Shown in pieces: positions 9,609 to 19,786 of a stretch of DNA of 64,000 nucleotides (positions are counted from its first letter, which is position 1; every line of letters begins with the position of its first letter). Below the pieces are notes generated by a model that was given only the letters and a program-made list of their open reading frames with translations, was not told the origin of the DNA and did not search any database. Both the position numbers and the translations under genes were made by a program. Origin of the DNA: Limisphaerales bacterium (GTDB lineage Bacteria > Verrucomicrobiota > Verrucomicrobiia > Limisphaerales > SIBE01); contig JBGAIN010000018.1 in the NCBI GenBank assembly GCA_044225505.1, forward strand, positions 5,353-69,352, read 5' to 3'.

Positions 9609-10364
9609 CTATGTGTTTGTAGAAGTCCTTTGATCAAAGCCGGCGCTTTTTGCTCGGTCCCCTACCGGTGCGCCCGTTCCATCACGGTATTTAACAACTC
9701 TAGCTGCGTTGCCGATCGCGATCGCCCCTGCGGGCACGTCCCGAGTGACGACCGCACCAGCTCCGACCACTGCGCCCTTCCCAATGGTAACTCCACAGAG
9801 GACCGTCGCCCCCACTCCCAGCCACGCATCTTCTTCAATGACAATAGGGCCCTTGGAACAAAGCGGCTGTTCATAAATCGCGCGGCCGGCCACGGCCTGG
9901 TGATCGTAGGAAAAAAAAGTGCAGTAAGGTGCGATCTGCACGCGCCGCCCGATACGTATTGGCTGCACCGCCGCCACGAAAAGGCAGCGGGCTTGAACCT
10001 TAGCGTCATCCCCAATCTCAATTTGCCCGCCAGTGAAGAGCTCCAAACTACACTCGCGATTAATATGGACCCTAGCCCCCAGCTTGACGTTGCCAGTGCC
10101 TTCCCACTTTGCAAACAGAGCGCCTTCCCCAATGTAAACATTGGCTCCAAGCTGAAGATTAAGACCGATGATCTCTGCATCCGGCGCGACGTAGCCTTTG
10201 GGCGTGAGATCCGCGAGTAAATAACGGCCCCGGAAAGGAAGAACGCCGACCGACCCCAAGCGGGTGGCGATGCGCTGCAGCGAACCCACGCCGCCCCGTT
10301 GAAGCCAAAAAATTTGCCATCGCCGATAGAATTTTTGCGACCAGCTCGACATGCTCAGGCACAC
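9609..10364 (-). CDS. Hexapeptide-repeat acyltransferase
   Basis: Left-handed beta-helix repeats: IVIEEDAWLGVGATVLCGVTIGKGAVVGAGAVVTRDVP. Confidence 0.88.
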   Translation of the reverse strand: MCLSMSSWSQKFYRRWQIFWLQRGGVGSLQRIATRLGSVGVLPFRGRYLLADLTPKGYVAPDAEIIGLNLQLGANVYIGEGALFAKWEGTGNVKLGARVHINRECSLELFTGGQIEIGDDAKVQARCLFVAAVQPIRIGRRVQIAPYCTFFSYDHQAVAGRAIYEQPLCSKGPIVIEEDAWLGVGATVLCGVTIGKGAVVGAGAVVTRDVPAGAIAIGNAARVVKYRDGTGAPVGDRAKSAGFDQRTSTNT

Positions 10365-11746
10365 GCGCGAACTAACCCGTCCGAACCAGGTTCTTCACCC
10401 ACAGCTGACGAACAACTCGACGGCAGCGACATACGGCTGGAATTCGCTGGCCCTTTTTCACCTTTAGGCACAAAGGTCGTCGTCCATTGCAGCATGGGAC
10501 GTAAAATTCCGGGCAGTGGCCGATCGTAATCTCCACGCGAAGTGTCCTGGGCGGTTAAGCAATCGATGACCCGGAACGCGACAGCATCTTCTACCAGCGC
10601 TCGCACTGTCTCCGGCCGCAAGGTCATGACCACTGCCAAAACGGAAACAAGTCCTTCGGCCAGGAGATTACCTGGAATCCAGCCCGTGCTAATGTACCGA
10701 CCCGGGGGACGCTTTCGGCCTCGCCATTCCGGATCAACATCGACACCGACAAAGAGGAGGGTCCCATCTTCGTTTCTTAAGCCGAAGTGAGGGAAAAAGA
10801 GATGTCCAGGCTCCAAGACTTCAAATTCCAACTCAATTCCCACCTCGTGACGCACATCGATCGAATCCACCAGCGCTCCCGACCTGGACCTCACCCGCAC
10901 AGCGCAGAGGCGGCCTGCGCTATCACCGGGAGCTTCCTTCAGGGTAGGCCACTCGCGGGACGCAGACGTGGTGGCGTCCGTTTTTAGATAGGCGTTCGCC
11001 ACTTGTTTCGAAGGTCCATCCATTTTGACTTCGCCGCGGTGCAACAGCACACACCGAGAGCAAAGCCGAGTGACTGCTTGCATATTGTGCGACACGAACA
11101 AGACCGTGCGACCCGCTTGGGCCACGTCGCCCATCCGGTTTAAGCACTTTTTCTGAAACTCTGAGTCACCCACCGCCAGCACCTCATCCACGACCAGTAT
11201 TTCGGGTTCCAGATGCGCCGCGACGGCAAAGGCAAGTCGCACATACATGCCAGAGGAATACCGCTTTACAGGCGTGTCGAGGAATTTCTCAATGTCCGCA
11301 AAAGCGACAATTTCATCAAATTTGCGCCGGATCTCCGATCGCGCCATACCCAGGATCGCACCATTTAGGTAGACATTCTCTCGTCCGGACAACTCCGGGT
11401 GAAATCCGGTGCCAACTTCAAGCAAGCTTGCCACTCGGCCGCGAATACGAACGCGTCCCGATGTGGGTTCGGTAATCCTGCTCAGCAGTTTCAGCAAAGT
11501 CGACTTACCCGCACCATTTCGCCCGATGATTCCAATCACCTCGCCCCGCTTGACTTCGATGGAGATATCGCGCAAAGCCCAGAAATCCTCAGGCGGCGCT
11601 TGGACGCGACGGACGCCCCTTAACCACTGCCACGGCGACCTTATCGCGTCCTCTAAACGGTGGCGGAGGCCATGATCTTGTTCAACCCTAGCTCCTAGAG
11701 TGTATCTCTTAGAGAGCTGCTCAACCTGGATAACGATGTCGCTCAT
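10355..11746 (-). CDS. wzt: Polysaccharide ABC transporter ATP-binding subunit with C-terminal Wzt_C-like domain
   Basis: Walker A GRNGAGKST, signature YSSGMYVRLAF, Walker B ILVVDE, plus ~180-aa beta-rich C-terminal extension. Confidence 0.93.
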   Translation of the reverse strand: MSDIVIQVEQLSKRYTLGARVEQDHGLRHRLEDAIRSPWQWLRGVRRVQAPPEDFWALRDISIEVKRGEVIGIIGRNGAGKSTLLKLLSRITEPTSGRVRIRGRVASLLEVGTGFHPELSGRENVYLNGAILGMARSEIRRKFDEIVAFADIEKFLDTPVKRYSSGMYVRLAFAVAAHLEPEILVVDEVLAVGDSEFQKKCLNRMGDVAQAGRTVLFVSHNMQAVTRLCSRCVLLHRGEVKMDGPSKQVANAYLKTDATTSASREWPTLKEAPGDSAGRLCAVRVRSRSGALVDSIDVRHEVGIELEFEVLEPGHLFFPHFGLRNEDGTLLFVGVDVDPEWRGRKRPPGRYISTGWIPGNLLAEGLVSVLAVVMTLRPETVRALVEDAVAFRVIDCLTAQDTSRGDYDRPLPGILRPMLQWTTTFVPKGEKGPANSSRMSLPSSCSSAVGEEPGSDGLVRACA

Positions 11747-11753
11747 CTCGAAC

Positions 11754-12596
11754 TCAAATTACATCAGCAAAACCACGTTCGGTCTTTCGGAAATAATAAA
11801 TGCCGGTCGTCAACAAAAACACAATGATTGCGCAGGACATGAGGAAGCTCATCCAATTTAGGCTATGGTCACCGCCAAGGACTGCCCAGCGGAACCCGTC
11901 GATTACCCCTACCATTGGATTTAACGAATATAGGAATCGCCACTGCTCCGGAACAACGTTACTCGTAAACCCCACGGGCGAGACGTAAAGTCCGAACTGT
12001 GTCACGAATGGAAGGATGTGGCGGAAATCTCGATATTTTACCATAAGAGCTGAAACCCACAGTCCAGCACCTAGTGCCGCGCCAAAAGCCAGCAAGACGA
12101 ATGCCGGTAAGAGGATAATCCTCGGACCTGGTACAAACTGAAACCAAATCATCAAAACCGCCATAAACAGCGCCGATATCGCGAAATCCACAAGGCTCGT
12201 GATTATACTGCTGGCTGGCACGACTAGTCGTGGGAAATAGACCTTCGAGATGAGGTTCGAATTGTTCACAAGGCTAGCGCCGCTTTCAGATATTCCTGTC
12301 GCAAAGAACTGCCAAGGCAACATGCCGCAAAAGACAAGCAGTGAGTAGGGCGCTCCGCCTGAAGGCAGCTTGGCGAACCGTCCGAAGACCACGGTCAAGA
12401 CGACCATCGTCAAGACTGGCCTAATAAGTGACCACGCTATACCAACCGCAGTCTGTTTATAGCGCACCAGGAGGTCTCGCCACGCCAGGAAATAAAAGAG
12501 CTCACGGAATCGCCAAAGATCCTGCCAGTACTGACGTTCTTTGCGTCCGGCTTCAATTACTAGTTCTTGCACAAGTTTCTCTCGAGTTAACAGCAA
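11754..12596 (-). CDS. wzm: Polysaccharide ABC transporter permease
   Basis: RYKQTAVGIAW, NLISKVYFPR, LNPMVGVIDGFR; hydrophobic helices; adjacent to wzt. Confidence 0.93.
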   Translation of the reverse strand: MLLTREKLVQELVIEAGRKERQYWQDLWRFRELFYFLAWRDLLVRYKQTAVGIAWSLIRPVLTMVVLTVVFGRFAKLPSGGAPYSLLVFCGMLPWQFFATGISESGASLVNNSNLISKVYFPRLVVPASSIITSLVDFAISALFMAVLMIWFQFVPGPRIILLPAFVLLAFGAALGAGLWVSALMVKYRDFRHILPFVTQFGLYVSPVGFTSNVVPEQWRFLYSLNPMVGVIDGFRWAVLGGDHSLNWMSFLMSCAIIVFLLTTGIYYFRKTERGFADVI

Positions 12597-13035
12597 TGGA
12601 TTGTAGCAACTTTGGTGCCTTCGTAAACCTGTCTGGCGCTAAGAGTGCGCGCTGAGCATTTGCGTCGTCTCACCTCCGCCGCTTTTCAATCTTCGGAGTG
12701 GAGGTCGCGACGCATCCCTTGGTCGCCATGGTTGGATCGTTGACCAGCGCAGTCAGACCGAATCGACGAACTTGGCCGACGGAATGAAGCAGGGCATGAG
12801 GACCTTATGCGCACATCAGCAGCTAGCGGAGAGAAGCAAAAGCAATCTATTCATCAGATTTTAAGACTTGAGGGTCACTGGATCGCCTCGCTACCAAATG
12901 TAGCAATCTAAGCCCGAATGGCAAGGTCGAACATTCGGGTGTTCCGGAAAAGTCACTCCCCCCGAAACGCGCCACGATCCATTAAATGCGAAGCTAGCGC
13001 CCCGGTTAAATCTACCGCCCTCCGACCGCTCCCCG

Positions 13036-14277
13036 TCACGGGATCGATGCAGAATGGACCTTCGGCGTAACCCGTGTTTCCACAAGCGCGCGATTCGATA
13101 AATTGTCTGACTCTCGAACTCGCGTAACTTCTTCGCGAACGACATTCAAATATTGGTGGCCAAATCGCAAATCGGGTTCCAGGTAGTTTCCTTCCGCCCA
13201 TTCGTTCCAAGACTTGACGAATACAATTTTTTGTCCCGATGGGAGCGCTCGAGTACGGGCTAGCACCTCGCGTAGGTGTGTGCGGAACAACTCGGGGGTC
13301 GACTGATGGAGAATCGTCGCTCGGGTTCCCGAACGTGGCGAATTGTCCCACTGTGGGACGGCACAAGGGTAAATGGGCTGACCTGGCTGAATGTCCAATC
13401 CCTCAAGAAAAAACGCAACCGCATCGGCATAGTCGAAGACTAATCGTGGCTGACCCGCACATCTTCGGAACAGCGTCCGAGCGCGTTCCCTCAGCGCTAT
13501 GCTTCGAGCCTGAAGTTGGGCCGCAAAGTCCGGCCGTCCACTCCCACCGCGTAGAGTCCGAGCTAAACCGATTTCCGTTTTCGAATGTTTACCAATGCGA
13601 GCTGGGTTAGACATCGTGCCGGCGTCAAATCCTTCTTCTCGAGGATCATACCCCAAGTCGGGCCCAAACATATGAGCGACGAAGTGGATCCCTGGAAGAC
13701 CGTTCTTTTGCGCTAAAGCCTGCCACTGATCTATAAACTCGCGAGGATTTGGCAATTTTCGAGGTTGATAGACTAGAAATAGCGGCTTGCCATTCACCCG
13801 AATGTACCTGCGGTCTTGAAATGCCGGCAGCACCGAGTAGAAGTGCTTCTCATGGTCATCCACTCCTGGATAAAGCTGCTCGATCAGAATCCGCTTCGGA
13901 GCCCCATGCCATATTCCAGTCCATGTCTCATTCGCCCATCCTAAGCAGAAAGGGAAGTCCGGCTCGCCTGACGCTAGAACTTCGTCGAATGGCCTCTCCA
14001 ACAGGCGCTTCCCTGCGAACCAATAATGCCAATAGCAAAAACCCTCAATTCCCGCGTTCCTTGCCAAGGCCGCTTGAGCGGCTCTCGTTTCCGGAACCCG
14101 GAGGTCGTAAAACCCAAGGTCCGCAGGAACGCGCGGCTGATCGTGCCCAGGAAACAATGGCTTGGCTTTAGCCACATTGGTCCATTCAGTAAAACCCTTT
14201 CCCCACCAAGAATCGTTTTCAGGTATTGGGTGAAATTGAGGGAGATAAAAGGCAATCAACCGAGGAGATTGTTTCAT
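13036..14277 (-). CDS. WbsX / GH99-like domain protein
   Basis: LIAFYLPQFHPIPENDSWWGKGFTEWTNV, LGWANETW, WNEWAEGNYLEPD. Confidence 0.9.
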   Translation of the reverse strand: MKQSPRLIAFYLPQFHPIPENDSWWGKGFTEWTNVAKAKPLFPGHDQPRVPADLGFYDLRVPETRAAQAALARNAGIEGFCYWHYWFAGKRLLERPFDEVLASGEPDFPFCLGWANETWTGIWHGAPKRILIEQLYPGVDDHEKHFYSVLPAFQDRRYIRVNGKPLFLVYQPRKLPNPREFIDQWQALAQKNGLPGIHFVAHMFGPDLGYDPREEGFDAGTMSNPARIGKHSKTEIGLARTLRGGSGRPDFAAQLQARSIALRERARTLFRRCAGQPRLVFDYADAVAFFLEGLDIQPGQPIYPCAVPQWDNSPRSGTRATILHQSTPELFRTHLREVLARTRALPSGQKIVFVKSWNEWAEGNYLEPDLRFGHQYLNVVREEVTRVRESDNLSNRALVETRVTPKVHSASIP

Positions 14278-14342
14278 AATACAACGGCTCGAGCCGAATA
14301 TAAACCAGAGTCAAAACCGCTACACCGGCTTGCAGCAAAGCG

Positions 14343-15551
14343 TCAGCCGGAAATCCGCCGCGGACAGTCGCGCATCACTTTCTCAATTGCGCCCGCCACA
14401 CAAGGCTCGATAGCATCCCAAGTCCAGCAGCGGCGGTACTTTTCGAAGGCACGCTCCGCAATTTCGGATCCCAACCGAGGTTCGCGGACAAGTCTTGTGC
14501 AAGCTTGAGTGAACTGATTCGGTGTCTCCGCGAAGAGAATCTCAGCCTCTGTTTGGACCTCATAACCAAATGCACCAAGTGGAGTTGAGACAACAGGGCA
14601 TTTTCGCGCAAATCCTTCGGCTACCTTAATCCTTGTGCCCCCTCCAGCCTGCACTGGCACTACCATCAAACACCAACTCGCAATCTCCGTCGCAGGATCT
14701 TCAACCCAACCCAGCCCGTCGATATCAGCGCCGGACGCTGAAATCCCAGTATCGGTTTCTGCACCGATGAGCCGCAGACGAACGGCCGGGACTTCCGCTT
14801 TGAGGCGAGGCCAGACTTTTCGAATAAACCATTCAAGCCCATCTCGATTCGGCGGGTGCCGAAGAGTACCAATGAACCCAATCCGTGGAGGTTGCGACAG
14901 CATCCGCGTGGTCTGGACCTCGGGCAAGTTGAACCCATTCGGGATAATGTGGATTCGATCATCGTCGCCCATGTATTGGCGGTCGGCTTTGCTACAAACA
15001 CCCAGAACACCGAAGCGCCCAAGCAGCGTTCGCTCGCGTCGTTTCGAAAACCAGCAGCGGCGAAGGGCAAGCGCCTTTTTTTTCAGTGAGTGCGCCGATC
15101 TCGCTTCGCTCCAATGGTACTGGCTCGGGATATCATCGATGTCCAGAACCGAGCGAGGCCAATGAGAAATCCCGCTGCCATTCGGAATCGCAGTGCCTCT
15201 GAACCAAACCACATCATGAGACTCGGCAAGAGCTTTAAGGCGCCGCGAATCTTGAGGGGAGAGCCGTTTCCCGTCTGTGTTTAAGAACCACGGATCGAAC
15301 TCATGCCGCAATCGGGCCTCGAATCCCCTGACCGGCCAAGGTTCAAAGTTCATCAGGGCCTCTAAACCAAACTCGGCCTCTGTTTTGGAAACTGCCGGTT
15401 CCTCAATTCTTCCTTCGAGCGGAACGACGACCAGCGACAACCGACTGCACCGTTTGAGCAGTCGCGCCATTTGAAGAGTCCTCAACTGTCCGCCGAACGT
15501 TCGGTCGTGCGGGAATTGATGAGTCGCGTAGAGGATCGTAGGCTTATCCAT
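14343..15551 (-). CDS. Glycosyltransferase family 4
   Basis: IHIIPNGF, GFIGTLRHPPNRDG, GGTRIKVAEGFARKCPVVST. Confidence 0.88.
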   Translation of the reverse strand: MDKPTILYATHQFPHDRTFGGQLRTLQMARLLKRCSRLSLVVVPLEGRIEEPAVSKTEAEFGLEALMNFEPWPVRGFEARLRHEFDPWFLNTDGKRLSPQDSRRLKALAESHDVVWFRGTAIPNGSGISHWPRSVLDIDDIPSQYHWSEARSAHSLKKKALALRRCWFSKRRERTLLGRFGVLGVCSKADRQYMGDDDRIHIIPNGFNLPEVQTTRMLSQPPRIGFIGTLRHPPNRDGLEWFIRKVWPRLKAEVPAVRLRLIGAETDTGISASGADIDGLGWVEDPATEIASWCLMVVPVQAGGGTRIKVAEGFARKCPVVSTPLGAFGYEVQTEAEILFAETPNQFTQACTRLVREPRLGSEIAERAFEKYRRCWTWDAIEPCVAGAIEKVMRDCPRRISG

Positions 15552-17163
15552 GAACAGGCTGCCGTGGCGAAAGAGAGCAAGTCTCCGGAATCACACTTCG
15601 GGCCATGAACCGCGCCCGCAACGTCCAATTCTCGGCGAAAAACCGGCCTAGACCAGGGCGGCCGCGAATTCTGCCGCACGAATGGGATTGTCGGCGCCAG
15701 AGTTTCGCATCAAGCAACATCCCCGAACGAACCAACGATTTCCAAGCCATTCCGATCCACTGTCGAGGTCCTCGTGACACGTGCACCGAACCACTCAGCG
15801 TAACACCATGCTGGGCAGCTCTCCAGATAATGGCCTCCGGGTCAAAACCCGCCTCCGCCAACAGCCGGACAACGCTTCCCATACCAAGAGCATTGACACC
15901 ACAATGCACGTAGTTGCCGATCTTCCGCATTTCCCCTGCACCAGCGATTCGCTTTACCTGCAATGGCAAATACTCAAAATTAGGCCCGGACATCACAATG
16001 TATCCTCCTGGCCTCAGAACTCGTCGGTATTCGTCTAAGAACTGTGCGGGGTATTCAAACAAGTGAAGCAGATTTGTGATCACAATGCAGTCGAACTCCG
16101 CAGTCGCGAATTTTGTGGCACCTTCTGCTAAAGTGGCGTCCACAACCTTGATCCCACGTTGAGCCGCACAGGCGCCGATCACCGAGTCAAGAGGCAAGCC
16201 GCTTACGAGCACACCTCGTCTCACTAAGGCAGCCTCGGTCTGCCCGAAGCCGCAGCCAATAGACAAGACCTTTTTTACCGCTTGAGGAACGAGACTAAGA
16301 ACGTCCTCAGCAGGAGGCTCGTAGAATCGCTTGGACCAACGCGCTCCACTTACTTTCGTCTCGGTTTCGCAGAGTCGTATTGGGCGGCGCTCGCCCTTTC
16401 CAATCTCAAGGAGGGCTTCAATTTGCTCTTGCACTACTGAGAGCGGCACGCCTTGCTTTTCGATATATCGATTTGGTAGGTGCCGAAGTAAGAAACGATC
16501 AAAATTTGAAAGGCACATCACCTTGCGAAAGCCACAACTGGTGTAGGGATCGGTAGCCGCGGTGCAGAGCATGTCGTAACGTCCGGCTGAGGGCTCTTTA
16601 AGGTACCCTCCCGATGCAATGCACCTTTTGAGTTGCTCCTGCGTGAGAATGTAAAAGCCCGCGTGCTCATTGGAGAATTCCGCGATGGTAAACTCCCCAC
16701 ATCGTCGAACAGATTCGGGCTTCCACCGAAAGTGGCCATGAAACCCTGGTAGCCACCACTCCTTTGAGTCCTCGGTTTCATAAAGATCGAACCCGGCAAT
16801 CTCATCAGCCTCGAGGACGTCGGAGAGTTTGATGAAATCAACAATGTGCTCTTCCCGGACTTCGATGTCGTCTTCCGAGTAAATGAACAGATCATATTGG
16901 GCACAGCGCTCGGCGAACAGCGCCTTGTGCGCAAAAGGTAGTGACCACGGGTCTGCGCTCGGCAATCCCACCCGAACCTCGACATTTTCTTCTATCTCCT
17001 TTGGGCTCTCAGAAAAAACCACGATGTCCATATTCATGGACATCGCCTTGTACCCCTGAATGATTCGCCTCAAAAAGCCCAAGTTCTTTTTGCCATAGCT
17101 GGCAATTCCTACTAACACACGAGGTCGCGTGTCACTCTTATCAGCAATGCCTCTCACATTCAT
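15544..17163 (-). CDS. Two-domain protein: N-terminal GT-A-like domain + C-terminal class I SAM methyltransferase
   Basis: N-part VLVGIASYG...YDLFIYSEDD (DxD-like); C-part VLSIGCGFG, FDCIVITNLLH, RVLRPGGY. Start taken at ATG 17163 (ORF track 17211). Confidence 0.7.
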   Translation of the reverse strand: MNVRGIADKSDTRPRVLVGIASYGKKNLGFLRRIIQGYKAMSMNMDIVVFSESPKEIEENVEVRVGLPSADPWSLPFAHKALFAERCAQYDLFIYSEDDIEVREEHIVDFIKLSDVLEADEIAGFDLYETEDSKEWWLPGFHGHFRWKPESVRRCGEFTIAEFSNEHAGFYILTQEQLKRCIASGGYLKEPSAGRYDMLCTAATDPYTSCGFRKVMCLSNFDRFLLRHLPNRYIEKQGVPLSVVQEQIEALLEIGKGERRPIRLCETETKVSGARWSKRFYEPPAEDVLSLVPQAVKKVLSIGCGFGQTEAALVRRGVLVSGLPLDSVIGACAAQRGIKVVDATLAEGATKFATAEFDCIVITNLLHLFEYPAQFLDEYRRVLRPGGYIVMSGPNFEYLPLQVKRIAGAGEMRKIGNYVHCGVNALGMGSVVRLLAEAGFDPEAIIWRAAQHGVTLSGSVHVSRGPRQWIGMAWKSLVRSGMLLDAKLWRRQSHSCGRIRGRPGLGRFFAENWTLRARFMARSVIPETCSLSPRQPVHG

Positions 17164-17170
17164 TACCGAG

Positions 17171-18277
17171 TTATTGAGCGGCGCGAGCCGTTCTGTTGTC
17201 AACGCCCCCACGACGTCTACTCTCCGAGACCGCGTCCGATTGCAGAATTTGGGACTTCAGTCGCTCGCCGCACAAGCGACTGAAAGCCTCGGCTCCCGTG
17301 ATATTCATGTGCTGCGAGTTATAAAAGTTGGCGCGATCTTGGCACATCGGGTCATTCGAGAAATCCCAGAAACGGATGCCCGAATCCTCCGCAACACGCT
17401 TAAACAATCCGAGTGTTTCTTCTCGATTGACGAAAAACTCGCGGGCCGGAGCGTAATCCGGCGAGTAAACCAAGATTAGCTCAACTCCATTCGCCCGGCA
17501 CAGTTCAATCATGCCCTTCAGCAATTGCAGAGCTCCCGCATCGTTTTCCCATCTTAAACCATGCTTATTTTGCTTTTGAATTCGTTCAAAAGAGAAATCC
17601 CAGGTCAAATTCTGGGCGCAAAACCCCTTTGCGTCACCAGCCGTCGGATTCTCCACCTGAAACAGCCCCGCCAGAGCCGCATCCATAGCTCCTTCGCGAA
17701 CCATCCCGACCATTGGAAACAGCCGATAAGCCAAGTAATACCGCTTTCTCTTAACCAGTGAATTGAACACCATTTCATCCATCAACCATGGCAAATACTG
17801 CTTGGCGTCCGTGATATCTTCACTTCGTTGTAAACTCGTGAAATCCAGGTTCTGAATCACGCATTTTGGCGCAGGGTTTCGAGCGAAGAACACCCTCAAC
17901 AGTTCGACCTGCTCGTGCAGCTTAGTCCCATTTCGACCAACATTGTATGCCATTAACCCTGTCCGCTCTGAGATCACTTTTGGATCATAATGGTAAGCGG
18001 CTCGCGACGACCCTGAAATGACCAAATCCGCCTTCACCTGGCCTCGGATTACTCTTCCAAGAACACCCAAGTTTCCCTCTCGATTCGCCCGCAACCCCAA
18101 TAATAGCCCGTGTTGTAGTATTAACAGAAGCACGAGTCCCATTCCTACAAAAGCCCCGACCTGTAACCATTCGCTGCGAGAGCCAGAACTCCTCTGCGAA
18201 GAGTTCCCCCGCTCCGGAGCATTTGCGCCCCTGGGCGCGGTCCGCTCACCTGTTGTGAATTCTCCTGGCGCGCCCAC
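17171..18277 (-). CDS. Membrane-anchored SGNH-hydrolase-like protein, partner of adjacent MBOAT
   Basis: One N-terminal TM, ISGSSRA (block I-like), FYNSQHMN (block V-like); directly downstream of MBOAT. Confidence 0.6.
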   Translation of the reverse strand: MGAPGEFTTGERTAPRGANAPERGNSSQRSSGSRSEWLQVGAFVGMGLVLLLILQHGLLLGLRANREGNLGVLGRVIRGQVKADLVISGSSRAAYHYDPKVISERTGLMAYNVGRNGTKLHEQVELLRVFFARNPAPKCVIQNLDFTSLQRSEDITDAKQYLPWLMDEMVFNSLVKRKRYYLAYRLFPMVGMVREGAMDAALAGLFQVENPTAGDAKGFCAQNLTWDFSFERIQKQNKHGLRWENDAGALQLLKGMIELCRANGVELILVYSPDYAPAREFFVNREETLGLFKRVAEDSGIRFWDFSNDPMCQDRANFYNSQHMNITGAEAFSRLCGERLKSQILQSDAVSESRRRGGVDNRTARAAQ

Positions 18278-18284
18278 GATTTAA

Positions 18285-19730
18285 TCAGAATTGAAAGTAA
18301 ACAAACTTACTGCCTTGAAAAACACCAAACACCAAAGCGATCGCAATCATCCCATAGTAAACCGCCCACCGCGCGTAGACTGGCCATGACCATTTCTGGC
18401 CGACGTCATGCAACCGGGCGCTATACCATTGTACGCCCTCAAGTATTGTTATCGCTAACAGCGCTACCAACGCATCGAAGCGAGAGAATTCTGCGAGACC
18501 CTGGCTGACGCTCCAGTCCCACCAACCGTGACTTAAATGGCCCATAACGTAGAGCGCACTTCGGACACTGTCCGCTCGAAAAAACACCCAGGAAACGCAA
18601 ACCAACAACAGCGTAGATGCTACGGAAAGGCCATTCAGCAAACGCTTCTTCTCCGAGAGCCCTAGCACCTCCGCAATTTGTCTCCTGACAGGTTGTAACA
18701 CTTTTCCCAACACTAAGTACGCGCCATTCAACCCACCCCATATCACAAATGTCCAATTGGCGCCATGCCACAAGCCGCTAATCAAGAATGTAATCATCAA
18801 ATTCCGATAATGACACCAAGTCGAGACCCGGCTTCCGCCGAGCGGAACGTAGACGTAGTCGCGAAACCAGGTTGACAGGGAAATGTGCCAACGCTGCCAG
18901 AATTCGGCGATAGATCGCGCTGCGTAGGGGCGATTGAAATTGGTCATGAGCTTGAAGCCCATGACACGTGCTGCGCCGATCGCGATGTCCGAGTAGCCAG
19001 AGAAGTCGCAGTATATTTGGTAGGCAAACGCTAACGTCGCTGTCACCAAGATGGGACCACTATGAGATCTTGGCTCATCATAGACGGCGTTGACCAAAAT
19101 AGCCAAGCGATCTGCGATTACGACCTTCTTAAACAAGCCCCAAAGGATCAAACGCAGCCCTGAAGTAAAATCGTCAAAGTTGAAGGATTTTTCCGAATGA
19201 AACTGATGCAGCAGATTCTGAGGTCGTTCAATCGGCCCGGCCACCAGCTGCGGATAAAACATCACGTAGAGCGAGTAGATCCCGAAATGTCGCTCCGCGC
19301 GTTGATGACCTCGGTAAACTTCGATGACATAGCTTAGGCTCTGGAAAGTATGAAATGATAATCCGATAGGGAGGATAATGTTAAGAATATTAGTTGGATA
19401 GTTCCAGCCAATGAAGCTTGCCAGAGCCGATAAATTGCTGTTGAAGAATCCAAAGTATTTGAAAACAAACAGAACCAGACAGGTACTCACGATACTTGCT
19501 AACAGCAACCTGCTTTTGGTTCGGCCTTCGGTTTTTTCAATGTAGATCGCCGCGAAATAGTCGATCAAGATGGTGACAAACAGTATTGTTATATAGATCG
19601 GAATAAACGCCATGTAGAATAAACAGCTGGCGAATAACAAAACGCTCCACCTTCTCCGATGCGGGATTAGCCAATACAAAGCCGTCACCACGGGGAAGAA
19701 AATCGCGAACTGAGCAGAATTAAATAGCAT
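18285..19730 (-). CDS. MBOAT family O-acyltransferase (AlgI/DltB-like)
   Basis: LPIGLSFHTFQ, DFSGYSDIAIG, FWQRWHISLSTWFRDYVY, SGLWHGA. Confidence 0.93.
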   Translation of the reverse strand: MLFNSAQFAIFFPVVTALYWLIPHRRRWSVLLFASCLFYMAFIPIYITILFVTILIDYFAAIYIEKTEGRTKSRLLLASIVSTCLVLFVFKYFGFFNSNLSALASFIGWNYPTNILNIILPIGLSFHTFQSLSYVIEVYRGHQRAERHFGIYSLYVMFYPQLVAGPIERPQNLLHQFHSEKSFNFDDFTSGLRLILWGLFKKVVIADRLAILVNAVYDEPRSHSGPILVTATLAFAYQIYCDFSGYSDIAIGAARVMGFKLMTNFNRPYAARSIAEFWQRWHISLSTWFRDYVYVPLGGSRVSTWCHYRNLMITFLISGLWHGANWTFVIWGGLNGAYLVLGKVLQPVRRQIAEVLGLSEKKRLLNGLSVASTLLLVCVSWVFFRADSVRSALYVMGHLSHGWWDWSVSQGLAEFSRFDALVALLAITILEGVQWYSARLHDVGQKWSWPVYARWAVYYGMIAIALVFGVFQGSKFVYFQF

Positions 19731-19786
19731 CGTCGGAAGCGCGCGTGTCGAGCGTTAGCAATGGACAAGTCCTTAAGGCATGCGAA

